Below are positions 1 through 13,602 of a DNA stretch of 64,000 bases, one piece after another. Where the stretch lies: contig QPMI01000522.1 in assembly GCA_004431415.1 (NCBI GenBank), positions 186,001 through 250,000 on the forward strand, given 5' to 3'. Origin of the DNA: Cyanophora paradoxa CCMP329 (Eukaryota; Plantae; Glaucophyta). The notes beneath the pieces are model-generated. The model made no database searches and was not told where the DNA came from. It saw only the letters and a list, made by a program, of their open reading frames with translations. The number at the start of each line of letters is the position of its first letter. The first letter of the stretch is position 1. Position numbers and translations under genes: made by a program.

Positions 1-219
1 GAAGCCGGGGACGCGGTTCTGGACGACGACGTCGGCCTGCTCGATCCAGCGGACGACGGAGCGGAGCTTGCGCTGGGGCCAGCGGGTGATGCCGTGGGAG
101 CGGCAGATCTTCTTGAGGACGGTCACGCAGACGCCGAGGCGCCTGGCCACGTCCTGGATCGGGTGCTCGAAGTTGGCGACCAGCTCTTCCCGTGTCACCC
201 GCGTACCCGACGGCGGCAT
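1..219 (-). CDS. RWP-RK domain transcription factor (partial, runs off window)
   Basis: Reverse-strand translation MPPSGTRVTREELVANFEHPIQDVARRLGVCVTVLKKICRSHGITRWPQRKLRS matches the RWP-RK signature (LGV..T.LK.ICR..GI.RWP.RK); further upstream exons possible. Confidence 0.88.
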   Translation of the reverse strand, partial: MPPSGTRVTREELVANFEHPIQDVARRLGVCVTVLKKICRSHGITRWPQRKLRSVVRWIEQADVVVQNRVPGF

Positions 220-1155
220 CGCAATCGGGGTCGCCTGCGGCGCAATCGGAGTCGCCTGCGGCGCCTGCGGCTTTTAAGCCTTATATGAGAGACATGCTAA
301 TCTAAGGCGCTGAAACGAGTATAATTTAGCGGCGCACGGTGGCGGGGTCGCCCGAGCTTCTGGCCATATGCACGGGGCTGGCCATGGCACGCTCCGCTTC
401 CATCTCCCTTTGCAGCTTTGCGCGCTGCGCATGCGGAAATCAAACGCAGCGGCTGTGATGCGATGGCGAGATGGGCGCATGTGGCGATATCGACGTCAAT
501 CACTCGACTCGGGATTGCGAGGCGCACCTGGTCTTCCGCGAGGCGCCGCAAAAGGACCTCGTCGAGCTCGAAAGGAAGGGCCCCCTTGAAAACTGGCTTC
601 GGCGCCGTTGGCGCATGCGCGGGCGCCGGTCCGTCTCGCACGCGATTTTCCTCCGTCCTGCAGGCTGCAGCTGCAGCTGCAGCAGGCGGCAACTCGTTCA
701 TGGCTGCGGCTTGGGCTGTGCATGCGGAATTCGAAGCTGCAGTGGCGGAAGCGTGGTGGAAGGGGGCCGGCGGAGATCTAGAGGGGAGAGAAGAAAGGTG
801 GAGGGGTCCAGGGTTGGAGCGACCCTCGCGATCGCCATCACATGTACAGCTGCCGTCGACGCTCGCGATCGCGATCGCGATCGACCTTGCCGGGTCGCAA
901 TTTCCAGCGCCGCAGGCGTATATGTTTTCGTTGGCCCAGGTCATGGGACTGGCGGAGAGATCGAGGTGAAGGCTGCCGCTGATCGCAAACACGTGCGCCG
1001 TCGACGTCGCCGTCGACGTCGCCGCCGCCATGGACCCGGGCGCCTCCGGCCGCGGTGCCGGCCCCTCGTGTAACGCTAACGCATCTGCGGAGCCCCCACG
1101 CCCAGCGGGCAGTTCGCGTTCGCCGGCAGCGCTGTCGCTGCCAATTCAAAGAGTC

Positions 1156-1178
1156 AGAGAGAGAGAGAGAGAGAGAGA
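1156..1178. repeat. (GA)n microsatellite
   Basis: Direct reading. Confidence 0.9.
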
Positions 1179-3939
1179 TAGAATAGCGATCGCGGTAACA
1201 TAAATATACACATCGAGAGATAATAGCTATCAAGTTTAATTTAACCGATTGCGAAGGCTTACTGATTGCAGAACTTTAACGTTGCGAAATTGACGGTCGA
1301 CGTCGCGGCACTTTGGTCGAAGGATGGAGGCTCGCGATCGATCGCGATGCCGAAGGCGCCCGGGTGCGAGGCAGCAGCGGTGCCGGTGCTGGCCGTGGCC
1401 GTGGCCTCGGCACTGCCAAAGGGAGCTCGCAATTGGTTCGAAGGGTTCAAGTTCGGAGTCGGATTCGGGGAGGGGCCGCGGCTGGAAGGAGAGCGCGGGC
1501 TCGAGGACATTTGCGCGATACGGGAGCGCACGAGCCAGGGGGGTAAGAATTTGTCGTCAGCGCCTGCGACGAGCACCCCAGGGGGGTATGTATGAGCAAA
1601 CTCGAGTAGCACGGTGCACGTTCGTGTACATGTGTGAAATTTGTTCTTAAAAATGAATACTCATTCTGATCATGAGCTTAAAAAGCTTTAGCTATAGATT
1701 TCACGCAGTTGCCGAGCTATTATGATCACAGCAACATCATGATCAGAACTAATTATATATCATAGTATATAACGTTAACGGTAATTCGATGACGCGCTGT
1801 CGACATCATAGCAACCCTAAATCATTGAATCTAATTATAACGGCAATTCGAAAATGCTCGCGCTAAACGAGTATATAACGGCAATTCGAAAATGCTCACG
1901 TTAAACGTTCTGGTCACTCACCGTTCTTATGGATTCGCTCGAGATAGGTCGGGTTCCCGGATATGGGCACGAAGAGGTTCGAATTCGGCATGCGCAGCCG
2001 GCAAGCCGTGCGTATACCGGTTGAATTAATTGCAGATGCAGGGCCGGATGCGGATTCGGAGCGCGAGTTTCCCGCGGCCGCGGCCGGCCGCGGCTTTCGA
2101 AGGCGACTGCACTCGATCGCGAGGCCGGCCGCGGTGCCGTCGACGTCGTGCGCGCCGTGCGCAAACGATCGGGAGTTCTGTACATGTTCGCGCGGGAATG
2201 TTTTAGCTTTAGCCTCGAGATTTTCCGTTGCAATCGGGGCGGGTGCCATCACCTGATCATAGTCATATGCATGAAGCGTTCGATCAAAGGAGGCCGATCG
2301 TGAACGCTTGGCGGGAAGGGAGTGGGCGAACTTCGAATCACTCTCTTGCAGCGGCTGTCGGCAAGCTTCGTGGTCAGCTGCAGGCTGCTCCGCTCGGCAT
2401 CGCATATATATATAGGTACCGACCGCGGCTCGGGGGGAGTCGACATCGCTCACGCGTGCGCATGCGTCGGTGGAGGGTGAGTCGAGCGCGATGTGGTCTT
2501 GGGAAAAATCGATGTCATTGTCCGGCCGCGGGACGGCCGTTAGGCGACCGGGGGAGCTCCGCGGCCGGAGCCCTATAGCTAGCTCTAGGGGGAACGCGGC
2601 CGTACTCGGATTTGGTACGACGGCGGAGGCACCGCCGGCGCCGGCGACGGCGGCGCCGGTAATAAAATGACCGGAGGCTGAAAGGAAATCGAAGCGAGGG
2701 CTGTCGGCGTCATCGGATCTAGAGCTGACTACGGCCATCGATGTACATGTCGGGTTGGGCCGTAGTGTACAGTCGGCGCAACTAGTACTGGAGTCGCGAT
2801 CGGCCTGGCCCTCCATTGACATTCTGGCGGCTCCGGCCCAGTCGCGATCGGCCACATGCAAAGGCACCGCCAGCTGCAGGTGAAGAAAGCCGTCCTGCGT
2901 GAACGCACAAGGCCTAGGGATGTCCACGCTGGTCGACGTCGCCGCCGCGCTGACGTTACCGGCCGTCTCGAATTCAAGCGGGAAACCTGACGCATGCACG
3001 TGCGCATGCCCCGGACTGCCAGTGCCTTCGATGAATTTCTGCGCGGGAAATTCGAATATCAATCTCGCATGCGTCGGTCTCATGATCAAAATCATATGCA
3101 TGAGGCGTGATTAGCATTGTGTATGTGCGTATGCGGTTGCACTTTTGCACGTTTTTGCGATCGTCGCATGCGCACCAAAAAAGAAAGATGCTCGGGGTGT
3201 CCGTGATGAAGCTCAAGGGTCGGCGCTGTGGCGGTCGCTGGCAGCTCGAAGTTTGTGTTGTGATTAGAGCTGGCGGGTCCGCGGCCATGGCCAGGCCTAG
3301 GGCTTGGCTCGAGATATCCATCACCTACGACGTCGAACAGCCCGCGGTCGGGAGGGCTGGCGCCTGCAGCTGCATGTGGCATATGCATATGCATGTTGCT
3401 GCCCGCGACCGGCAATCCGGTACACGTAAATCCGCGAATGAGCGCCGGCGACAGGACAAGCTTCAGGAAAGAGAGAGGCTCGGCATCGTGCGCATTCGAA
3501 AGGTTGCAGCTGTGCGGGTGAACAGCGTGGACATGTACATGGCCATGTGCAGAGCTCGCCTGCGCATGCGGCGCCTCGGATGAGTCGGATTCCACAGCTG
3601 CAGGTACTTTGGATGCCATGGCCATATATGCATGAAACTAAGGCTGCTGTGCATGCTTCAAAGTGGACACGCGTGTTAGTTTTTGCACTAGTACTGGCAT
3701 TCGGTATTCGAAACTGCGCATGCAGCTGCGAGGCTCAGGCCGCTCAGCGACGAATATGCTCAGCAGCTGGCATGGTCCGCGCGTGGCCTAGCTATAGGAC
3801 TCCGGGAATTCTCACTGTTTTCTCAGGAGTCTGGAACTGCAGCTGCAGCTGCCGTTTACGTATACGTACTACGTATAATATACGGCCTTCCAGGCCCAGA
3901 GGCTGGCTCAATTGATTATAACTCGAGCTCATGATCACT

Positions 3940-4140
3940 GCAGCAGTGCAGCTGCCAGGCTGGCAGGCAGTGGCAGCTGCAGCCTGCAGCCTGCAGGCTG
4001 CAGCCTGCAGCCTGCGCAGGCCCTGAGGCTGCAGCCTGCAGGCCCTGAGGCTGCAGGCTGCAGCCTGGCTGCGCAGGCTGCAAATTCAAATGATTACCCG
4101 GTGTGACCTGCCAGGCTGCAATCTGCAGAACTGCAGAATC
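3940..4140. repeat. CTGCAG/CAGCCTG low-complexity palindromic array
   Basis: Dense tandem CTGCAG-containing units; similar arrays at ~24130-24420 and ~24700. Confidence 0.75.
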
Positions 4141-4182
4141 TGTACATCATCATCTAGACTACTACTAATAGTCTAGTTACTC

Positions 4183-4389
4183 TACTAGGCGCAGTTAAAT
4201 TGCGGTGGAGTTAATTTGCCGAATTCGCCCAAAACTGCAAATTGCCGATTCCAGATTTCTGCTCTATGGCGGCCTCGGAAAACAGCTACCCCCAAGCAAT
4301 TGCCGTGGTGCTAAATTGCCGAATTCGGCCTCTCGGCAATTCATATTACGGCAATTATTTACCACGGCTAAAAAACTACGCCTACAGTA
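4183..4389. mobile_element. Degenerate copy of the Tc1/mariner-type MITE at 4735-4959
   Basis: Shares internal AAATTGCCGAATTCGGCCTCTCGGCAAT blocks and a CCTACAGTA end with the 4735-4959 copy; left TIR decayed. Confidence 0.6.
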
Positions 4390-4734
4390 GTAACAGTACT
4401 ACGCTATACCTATACGTAAACGGTACGGTAGTAGTTCCGTAGTGCTAGACACTGCTAGTGCCGCAGTGCTCTACGTATACTGTTATTACTGTACCGTCTG
4501 TACGTATACGGTATCATCGGCAATGATTCGGTATGCTACCGTAGTACGGTCACACTACTACGGTGCTACCGTACTAGTAACGGTAGTACCTTACACTACT
4601 ACGGTACTACGGTAGTAACGGTATACGTATACCGTATACGTACAGACTGTACAGTACTACCGGTACCGGCGCGGTCCGGCGGACCGGCGGCGGTACGTAA
4701 ACGGTATATATATATAACTAGTAAGAACACGGTA

Positions 4735-4959
4735 CTGTAGGAATGCTTAAATTGCCGCGTAGTTAAATTGCCGAATTCGACCAAAACCGGAATTGCCGTG
4801 GCGATAAATTGCCGAAACTCTGGATTTCTTCTATGGCGCCATACAAAAGCGGCCGTTTCGCCATACCCCCTGAGAATTGCCGTGGTTTAAAATTGCCGAA
4901 TTCGGCCTCTCGGCAATATACGGCAATTTAAAACATCGGCTAAAAAAGCATTCCTACAG
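4735..4959. mobile_element. Tc1/mariner-type MITE
   Basis: TIR CTGTAGGAATGCT...AGCATTCCTACAG with TA on both sides. Confidence 0.8.
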
Positions 4960-5277
4960 TATACGTACCGGCCGCCGGCCGGCGGCTGCGACGGGGCCTC
5001 GGGGCCCCGGGCCCCCGGGCCCGGCTCCGGAGTCCGGCCCCCCGGGCCCGGGCCCCGGGGTACTACGGTAGTCCGACCGACTAGTACTCCGACTGTGTGA
5101 GTCCGTCGGTCCGAGTCGTCCGACACCAACTTGCTGGCAAGGACTCGACAAAGAGCCTCGACTCGGAGCTCGGAGTCACCTTTCATATGCAATAATATTG
5201 GCCATGGAGTCAAAACGCAGTGACTTTTTGAAAAGGCCCGGGCCCTGCCACTGGCCCACTGGCTGCCAGCCTGGCAG

Positions 5278-5798
5278 TAGGGTTGCCGTTTTAGCTCAAG
5301 TTTTAGCAAATCCACTAAAACTAAAAGTGCGCTCAAACTTGAGCGTTTTAGCCTAAAACTTGAGTCCATACAAAGAGCGCCCATCCAACTTGAGAGAGGG
5401 GCGCTGCCTGCGAGTCTTCGAACCCAGCTATGTCTCAGCTACGTATATATGCCTTTCCTACCGGGTTCTCGCTCTAGACACACGATTTTCGGATAATTAT
5501 AAAGAAGTGCAGTCCTAAGGGGGGGTATGCGTAGGCCTTCCAAGGGCACCCTGGCCTTAGAAAAGGTGCTTAACTGGTAGGTTTTCAATGCAGAAGGGCT
5601 TTATATCCGATGGAAGTACGATTAACATCCCGAATGGGGCGGTTATGCGCCCAGAATAGGGCAATTCTGCCACCGGAACCCCCCCTCCAGCCGCGCGCCG
5701 TTTTAGCTCAAGTTTTAGCAGGGCCACTAAAACTAAAACTAAAACTTGACTAAAACGCTCAAGTTTTAGTGCACTCAAACTTGAGCGCGGCATCCCTA
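5278..5798. mobile_element. hAT-type MITE
   Basis: TIR TAGGGTTGCCG...CGGCATCCCTA, 8-bp TSD CCTGGCAG (5270-5277 and 5799-5806), subterminal CTCAAG/TTTTAG repeats at both ends. Confidence 0.88.
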
Positions 5799-5986
5799 CC
5801 TGGCAGCCTTGTGGGCAAGTTGTGGCAGGCTGAGGAGTCAGTGATCATGAATCATGATTCATGAGGATCCCCGGACTCGACAATTTGACGAGTGTCAGTG
5901 AGTCAGTGACAGTGACTCCCGGGTCCCGTCTCCGAGTCCCGACTCCCGACTCCCGACTCCCGACTCCCGACTCGGCGAGTCCCGAC

Positions 5987-6427
5987 TAGGGCTGGGTTCA
6001 GTCACTGTCAGTCAAAGTCAGAGGGTCTGACTGACCCGACTGAGTCACCAAATTGGCCGACTGAGGTTCTCTCAGTCCCATACAAAACCCTGCTGGGAGC
6101 GTGCCCCCCTGTGGGCTTTTTCCATCTGAAGCTCGACATGGATCGACCTAAAAAGGATCTTCTGTCGTCTTACCTCCAGAAAAACAACGAAATCTGAACG
6201 AAACCGCCCGCGCTAACTTAGTAACGAGGCTAACGGGGGCCGAATTCCTTTCATCAGTGTTCTTATAAGCTTTGCTCGCCTAACCACTCCCTACTGCCCG
6301 CGCACTGTGCTTGGCAACTTAGATGGATCGCATCTGGGTCATTTCCGGGTCATTTTCCTCAGTTTTTGCACGGTAGCCTGACTGAACCTCAGGTTGACTG
6401 ATTCAGTCACAGTCAGGGGGGCTGAGC
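5987..6427 (+). mobile_element. hAT-like non-autonomous element, copy 1 (right end lost)
   Basis: Starts TAGGGCTGGGTTCAGTCA; 6150-6425 is the reverse complement of copy 2 at 7481-8330. Confidence 0.6.
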
Positions 6428-7480
6428 GACTTACGTATACACGGTAGCTATATATGCGGCGGTCAGAACCTGCCTTTGTATTTCGATTCAAAAATGATTG
6501 CGGATTTCGAATTGTCCGACGGTCGCGATCGATTCAACTTGCAATTGCAATTGCAACGGCGACGTTTCGGTTTCGCCGCTATGTACGTGTACCGGCCCCG
6601 GCGGTAACGGTATGTTCTGGTGAACACGGTGGATATCGATACACCGTAAATTCCGTAATATGATACTAATATCCTGGTATATATAATATGTGTTCGGAGG
6701 TGAATCGACGAATCGTTTCGCGCATATGAGCTTCAATCGCCCTCGAAATTGCTCCAATGGGTTTGGCCCAAATTGCTCTAATGGGTGGCAATTTCACTGG
6801 CAAACACTGGAAATGACCCTACTACTAGTGAATCGCATGGCAGTGATGTTATTACTAATTAATCCCAAAAATATTAATGCACTATAATTAATGAGAGACT
6901 TTGTTGTCTTTAATATCACTACCTACGGGGGGTTCGCCCCACCGTAGTCTCTCAAAAAAAAATGTTTAATTTAATGGGATTATAATAAACCTTACTAATA
7001 TTATACTATATTACCTGTACCTCATAGAACCCCCATTCCCGCAGCCCTGCAGCTGCGCATGCGCTGCTTATTCTTGATCATCGGATGTTAATCTGTCCGA
7101 AACACTCTCTATAGCTAATCACCGTGGCACGTGAAACATACAAGATGCGACTTGTACATGTAAGCTTATTGCAATTGCTAACCGTTGAACTTCGGAACAT
7201 GGTTTAATTCTATGCCCCCTGGGCAGCCCCCGCAGTGCTGGTGTCTAGAGGCTGTGGTCGGTAATTCACCAAAAACAATTTAATTATCATAGTATAAGAT
7301 CAAGAGGCCTTCACTGAGTCAAGGGCTTTAATTTTGAGGCACGCACCGTTAACGGGGGTACCCCATCCAGCAAGGTCTAATTATAAACGGGGCGCCCGGC
7401 TGTACATGTTAATTATAAAGAGCTTCCTGGTCATCAGGAGTGTCAAATATCGCTTAGATGTAGTTATAGAACGTGTAGAT

Positions 7481-8330
7481 TAGTGCTGGGTTCAGTCAGG
7501 CTCCACCCCTGACCCAGTCTCTCAGCCCCCCTGCAGCTGACTGTGACTGCCAGGCCTAGGCTGATCATGAATCAGCTGCGCATGCAGTCAACCCGCGGCC
7601 GAGGTAGGGATATGGCCGGGGGGGTCAACCATTGGCCAGCGGCCCAGCCCGAGCCGCCAAAGCTCGGCCGCTGGCCCGGAGCTGGCCGCCAGCCTCCAGC
7701 CAGAACTTGACCAGCCAGCTGGCGGCCAGCCTCTTACTAGGAGTCTGCGGCTTGGTCGGCCAGGCTGCAGCTGGCAAGCCGGCCAGCCGTAGAGCCCGCC
7801 CTGTCTGATGAAAGCCTTGACGTAAACCCGATCTTATATCTGTTTTATGAAACCTGTTAATATCAAGTGCTGTAGAAATTAGCAAGCCTCGTCATCAAGC
7901 CCCACCCCTAGCCTCGAGCCTGCGCCCCAGCCAGCCCCACCGGCCGGCGCCAGCCGGCCAGCTGGTCGACCAGACCAGCGGCCATATCCCTAGGCCGAGG
8001 TTCAGTCAGGCTACCGTGCAAAAACTGAGGAAAATGACCCGGAAATGCATATATGACCGGTACGTACCCAGCTGCAGATACGTATACGATCCATCGAAGT
8101 TGGCAAGCACAGTGCGCGGGCAGTAGGGATCCCGGAGTGATTAGGCGAGCAAAGCTTATAATTAAGAACACTGGAGAAAGGAATATTAATTCGGCCCCCG
8201 TTAGCCTCGTTAGCACGGGCGGTTTCGTTCAGGTTTCGTTGTTTTTCTGGGGGTAAGACGGCAGAAGATCCTTTTGAAGGCCTCCCTCTCGCCCCCTCTA
8301 GCCCCGCGGAAAAGCACGTCCATCGTGTTG
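7481..8330 (-). mobile_element. hAT-like non-autonomous element, copy 2 (inverted, carries a nested MITE)
   Basis: TAGTGCTGGGTTCAGTCA terminus; 8000-8280 is the inverted homologue of 6150-6390. Confidence 0.6.
7605..7992. mobile_element. hAT-type MITE nested in copy 2
   Basis: 13-bp TIR TAGGGATATGGCC...GGCCATATCCCTA, 8-bp TSD GGCCGAGG (7597-7604 and 7993-8000). Confidence 0.88.
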
Positions 8331-8819
8331 TTGAACGGTAACGCGGAAACATGCGCATGCTCGCATGCGCATGCTCGCATGCGCATGCTCGCATGCGCAG
8401 TCACCATATAATTAATGTCACCTTGACGTCGACACTCTTTTATTTGAGGCCCGGGCTTAAGCTTCTTGAAAGGCTTTCAAGTTTAGGCATTCAAGTTTAC
8501 TAAGTTAGGCATCTGCGCATGCAGCTGTAGGGGTACGCGTACGAAGGGGGGCCGACTGGCCGCCGGCTGGCCGCCGGCTAGTCGGCTTGATTATATATAA
8601 GCTTTGACTAGGGCCGCATGCCAACTTGACGTGCCTGGCCACAGTGGCCAGCACCGTGGCACCGCCGCGGCGCTGCCGACTCACAGTACTAGTGCCGATT
8701 ACTACATCAACGACAGATTCGGACAGAAGCAGTCAACACTGACTCAACAGACGCAGGAGCCCCCCCGAATTTAATCGGGCCCCGATATCGATCGCTGGGC
8801 CGACGCTGGCTAGCAGTGG

Positions 8820-10657
8820 CTACTTGGCCGGAGCGCGAAGGCCCCGGGCGTAGTTGGGGTCGTACCCCGGCGGGCCCTCCATGGTCTCCATCCAGGAGTA
8901 CGGGGCCAGGAACCAGACCACCATGATGCTGGGTACGGCATTCAGGTGGCGTGCGGGGGTACGCCGAGGGGGGGGGGGGCGAGCGCACTGCTTGACGCCC
9001 TTGGTGACGGCGCCGGCGCGGTGCACCGCATTATCGTGGCAGTAGAGGGTACCGTTCGCCAACTGCCGCGACCTTTCAGTCCCTTCTTCGCGAATGGGAT
9101 CCTTAAGGCTCGCGCACCAGATCGAACTTGATACCCCACCTGGGCGCGCGAGTGCGAGCAGGGTCGCGTGAGATCATTGAGAGTACGCGGGGCCGCTGGG
9201 CGTGGATCCGCGTACCCCGGGGGGCCCTTGAGGTGCAGGCCAAAGTTCTTGGGGCGGGGGGGAGAGGGGAGGGGTACGGTCAAACAACGAGGCGGGGCCC
9301 CTCCCTCGAGGGGCGCCGCTCACCACGAACTCGGTGTGGCCGCCCTGCACCGAAAAAGGGGGGGGGGGGGTTCGGAGGGGGATACAGGGAGAGAGCGGGG
9401 GGTACGGGCTCGGGCACCTCGTAGTCGCTGCCGGAGTTGAGCCAGACGACGACGCCGGTGCGCCGCTGGCGGCCCTCGCCGTACCTGCGGGGTACACGCG
9501 CGTTACGAGGCGAGCCTGATGTGAGGGGGAGGGGAAGGGGGGGGGGGTAGACGCCTCCGAACAATATTATCTAGAGCCCTCACGGCCCCGCGGCCCCAGT
9601 TCGGATCGAATCGGGGGCGCGCGCTTGCGCACTTGCGGAACCACTCGGTGCAGTCGTCGAGGCAGCAGCCGTCGTTGTGGTAGCTGGTCGAGAAGACCGC
9701 CTCCGGCCGCACCGCCCGGTAGCTGTTTTAGAAATGGGAAGTTCCATAAGATCAATAAGAAGAGCAAGGATAGATTCTATTAGAAGTCACTTGAAGAACT
9801 GGACGCCGCGGCTCCAGAGGTCCTCGTAGGAGTACGAGGGCCCGAGCTTCTTCGTGATCTTCTCGAGGACCGCCCGCGTCTTCGGGTGCAGCTCGGGGTC
9901 TGCGAATCCGAGCCGGAGCGTCAGCCGGGGGCGGGGCGGGGGCGCGCGGGCGCGCGGGCGCGCGCCGTGCGGGTTGATGTTGACGCGCTGGCCTGCGCCC
10001 TCGGCCCCCTCCAGCAGGTGGTCCACGTCCTCGGCGTCCAGCAGGCTCAGCATCTGCCGCCGCCGACGCCGAGGAGCTGAGAACGGAGAAGGCGGCGGGC
10101 GAAGCCGAGCCAGGCCGGCGGGCGGGCGGGCACCTCGGGATCGTTGTAGGGGCCGGCGGTCGTGAAGGCGGTGGCGCGGTCGACGTACTCCTCCGGCCCG
10201 TGCCCGTGGTCGTGCTCGTGGTCGTGATCGTGCTCGTCTCCGTGGTCGTGCTCGTCTCCGTGGTCGCCGTGCTTGCACGCTGTGCCGCGCGGCGGCGGCG
10301 GCGGTACGGTGAGGAGGCTGTGCGCGCGGCGCGGCGGTGGTGAGGAGGCGGGCGGCGCGCGCACAGGCGTCGTGCTTGTGGCCCGCGTCGTGGTGCTCGT
10401 GCGTGCACTTGCCTGCGGGGGGGCGGAGGGTCCGATCGGCGAGGAGCGCATTGCGGACCGCTGCCGGCCGCGGCTGTCGCCGTCACGCGCGTCGCACCCC
10501 CGTGCTCGTGCTCGTGGCCGTGCTCGTGGCCATGGTGATGATCGTCCTCCTCTCCGTGGGCGGCCGCAGCAACGACGCACGCGGCGAGCGCCAGGGCGAC
10601 AAGAACGCCCCAGCGGCGGGACCCGGGCCGCCGAGAGAGTAGCACCGTGCTGTACAT
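8820..10657 (-). CDS. Secreted His-rich 2OG-Fe(II) dioxygenase (prolyl-hydroxylase-like), multi-exon
   Basis: Signal-like LVALALAACVVAAAA followed by HGH/HEH repeats; exons give YHND (HxD), VVVWLN, GGHTEF, HDNAVHRAGAVTKGVK; boundaries approximate. Confidence 0.65.
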
Positions 10658-11117
10658 GCGATTGATACGTATGACAGCGCGCCGGTCGAGCAGATGCTTG
10701 CGTGTAGGCTAGCCGCGACGGTACGATCCGCTCGGAGCTTCGGCCCGGAGTCAACGAGGGTGACGAGGCGTTCGGTCGCGCCTTCGATCGCTCAGAAAGC
10801 TGCCAAGCAACAGGCCAGCTGCTTCGAAATTCGGTGTGATGCAACCGGCTGGGGTACAGCCACAGTACACCAACTTCGGTGCCATGCATATGGCCAGGTA
10901 CTCCGGTCCACGTACAGGGGTATACGTACAGGCTCGTTACAGCAGCAGTACATGCCAGGTTCCGGCCGCGGCAGGCTAGCGCTAGCGCTAGCGCTGTGCC
11001 AGCCTGGCCCGAACTTTTTTTGGGGGGTGCGCATGCGCATCATCACATGCGCAGCGCATGCCCGGCCATGGCCACGGTCACCGGGTACGTATACGCGTAT
11101 ATACGTACGGTCACATA

Positions 11118-11370
11118 CTGTAAAACGAGAAATGTCCGGCAGCACTTAATATTCGGCGCTTTTCGGCATAGCCTCGCGGTGCCGAATATTTGAAACTGCC
11201 AGAATTGTGCAATTGCAAATGTCTGGCGAAAGAAGGATCGATGTACCCGCCGCCTAGGCGGACTGGCTGTGTTGCCGAAAATATGATGCCGATGAACCAC
11301 AGTACTAGTTTCGGCGCATTTTTCAGGTTTTGCCGAAATAAAGTGACGCCGGACATTTCTCGTTTTACAG
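11118..11370. mobile_element. Tc1/mariner-type MITE
   Basis: Perfect 23-bp TIR CTGTAAAACGAGAAATGTCCGGC with TA flanks. Confidence 0.88.
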
Positions 11371-11739
11371 TACGTATACTACGGTGCCAATATTTTTAAT
11401 TGCAATTGCAACAGCGGCTGGCCACGGCCATCTAGATCTCGGCCGTCTGCGGGCCTGCGGCCGGCCTCAAATTAAAATCGGATCCGGACTCTTAAGCTTA
11501 GAGCTCGAGCTTTACATTAAATTCCAGGTTGGAAGCCTGGCAGCAGTGCGCGCGGGCCCGAGCTCGAGCGGACCGGCCGCGGTCACCGCGCCGGGACGTC
11601 CCCGCCAACTTGGCCATGGCCGCCGGGCAAGCCGCCGCCGGCAGCCCAGAATCCCCAGATGCATCAGACGTCGACGCATATCGATATCATGTTTCAAACT
11701 GTTGGGCGCAGAATGTCCCATGCCTGCAAGGGGACGGGG

Positions 11740-13602
11740 TCATCGGCCGGGGCCGCTGGGGATGTGCGAGTGCGTCGGGGCCGCAGGCGGCGCGTCGCGG
11801 TCGTTGGCGCCTGCGCACGCCGGGAGGCCACCGCGTCAGAGGGACCGCGGCGCTGCGCCCAGCCGGGTCGGGCGGGGGGTACCGAGGAGCCGCTTCATGA
11901 ACTCGTACGTGCTCCTGCGGGGCGGGGGGGTGGGGGCGGCTCAGAGGGGTACGGGAAAACTGGCGAGGGTCGGGCGGCCGCACCAGCAGATGGCGGCCGC
12001 AGGCGTGTGGAAGAGCATGCGGGCCTGTACCCCGCCCCGTGAGAACAAGAAGAAGGTGTGGGGGGGGGGAGAAATCAGGGGGGGGGTACCTGAGCGCCGG
12101 CCCAGAAGGCGCGGGCGCCCTCCTCGCGCAGGATGCTCCGCGCCGTGTCCGCCATCCCGTGGTACTTGCGCCCAATGCACGGGCCCTGCGTCTGCAGCCG
12201 CGTCTTGATCACCTGCGCGGCGCGGACGGATCAAATCCCGGATCAAATTTCAGATCAAATTTCGGATTTCGAATTCGAATGCGGGCGGACGTCGAGGGGG
12301 TTGGTGAGGCCGGAGGCGATGCAGCCGGCGAAGGCGCCGGCCGGGATGTCGACGGCCGGGCCCTCCTCCCCGTTCGGCGCGATGACTCTGCGGGCGGGCG
12401 GGTGGGTGGGGGTGGAATAGATGCGCGCGGGGTACGGGTGGGGGCGCACGTGCGGCAGGATTCGTATGAGGCGAAGTGGATGGCGGTGAAGGGTACGTTC
12501 ATCACGAGCGTCGTGGGGTACGACACCCAGAACTGCTTCACCTGAGAACAGGGGGCGTCAGCGGCGGGCGACGGGCTGGGGCCGGAAGCAGATCGAGTGG
12601 ACGCGTACCCCCTCCTCCACCGCGATCCGAGAGACGGCGTTCGTGATACTCCTGCAGCGCGGCGCGCGTAATAAGGATGGAAGCCAAGTGGGGAAGGGAG
12701 GGAGGGGCCAGGGCCGCGCCTGTACTGCCCGAGCTGCATGCGCTGCTTGACCACGTCGCAGGGCGTCATGATGGCGTCCTGGACCTGCGCCGCGGGCTCC
12801 GTTTGAGGGCGGCGGGCGCGGCAGCTCCGGGCGCAGCTTCGGGCGCACGACTGTCGCGGTGGCGCCGGCAGCGCCCGTGGCGAGCGGGTGGTGGCCGGGG
12901 CTGTCCCCGCCGTAGGCCTGCCGCGCGAGCAAGCGAGCGAGTCAGCGGCCGGCCGCATGCGCGGCGCGGAAGCGCTCCCGCTCGCGCTTGCTCGAGGCTG
13001 GGGAGCGCTCACGATCTTCGCGGCTTCGTAGGTGGCGAAGTAGATCGCGTGGGCGGGCGCGGCGCCGGCAGCCATCGCGGAGACGCCGCGCCACGTCCGG
13101 CGGAGCCCCTCCTCGGCGACCAGCTTGCGGAAGGATGCGAGCATGCCCACCGTCTCCTCGGCCACGCTCGTGCGCGCCACCTGCAGGCGCGTCTTGATCG
13201 TGTCGACCTGCACAGCCCCGCGCTCAGCTCCGGTGCCGCGATTAGGGACGGGCGGCGGCCGCGCGCGGTGCGGAGCGGTCATTGGGCTAACCGGGAACAT
13301 CGCTATGTGCTCGACCGTCCCGGCAACGGCGCCCGCCACCATGTGCTCCCCGAACGTGAGGGACTCATCGCGCTCGTCTGCCCGCGGGCCTCAGGACGCG
13401 GCAAAATCGCCGCGAGTCGGAGGAGAGATCGCTAACCGGCACTGGGGATGTAAATGGGCCGCGCCGCGCCCTCGGACGGCCGCGAACTGGGATGGCCCGC
13501 CGGCTGGCCGCCGCGAGATGGCGCCGCGACGGCTGCTCGCGCTGAAGATGCCAACGCGGACGGGGAGACCGTCGCGGGCGGGACGCGCTGCTCGCGCTCC
13601 AT
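11740..13602 (-). CDS. Mitochondrial carrier, mitoferrin/MRS3-4-like, multi-exon
   Basis: Three carrier repeats: EHIAMFPVDTIKTRLQ, MTPCDVVKQRMQL, TNPLDVIKTRLQ; mitoferrin-type AAPAHAIYFATYE and SYPTTLVMNVPFTAIHF; start inferred. Confidence 0.88.

Noticed and set aside
297-3625. Long minus-strand ORFs upstream of the RWP-RK exon
   Set aside because: No recognisable domain and riddled with palindromic low-complexity sequence; they may be decayed exons but cannot be supported
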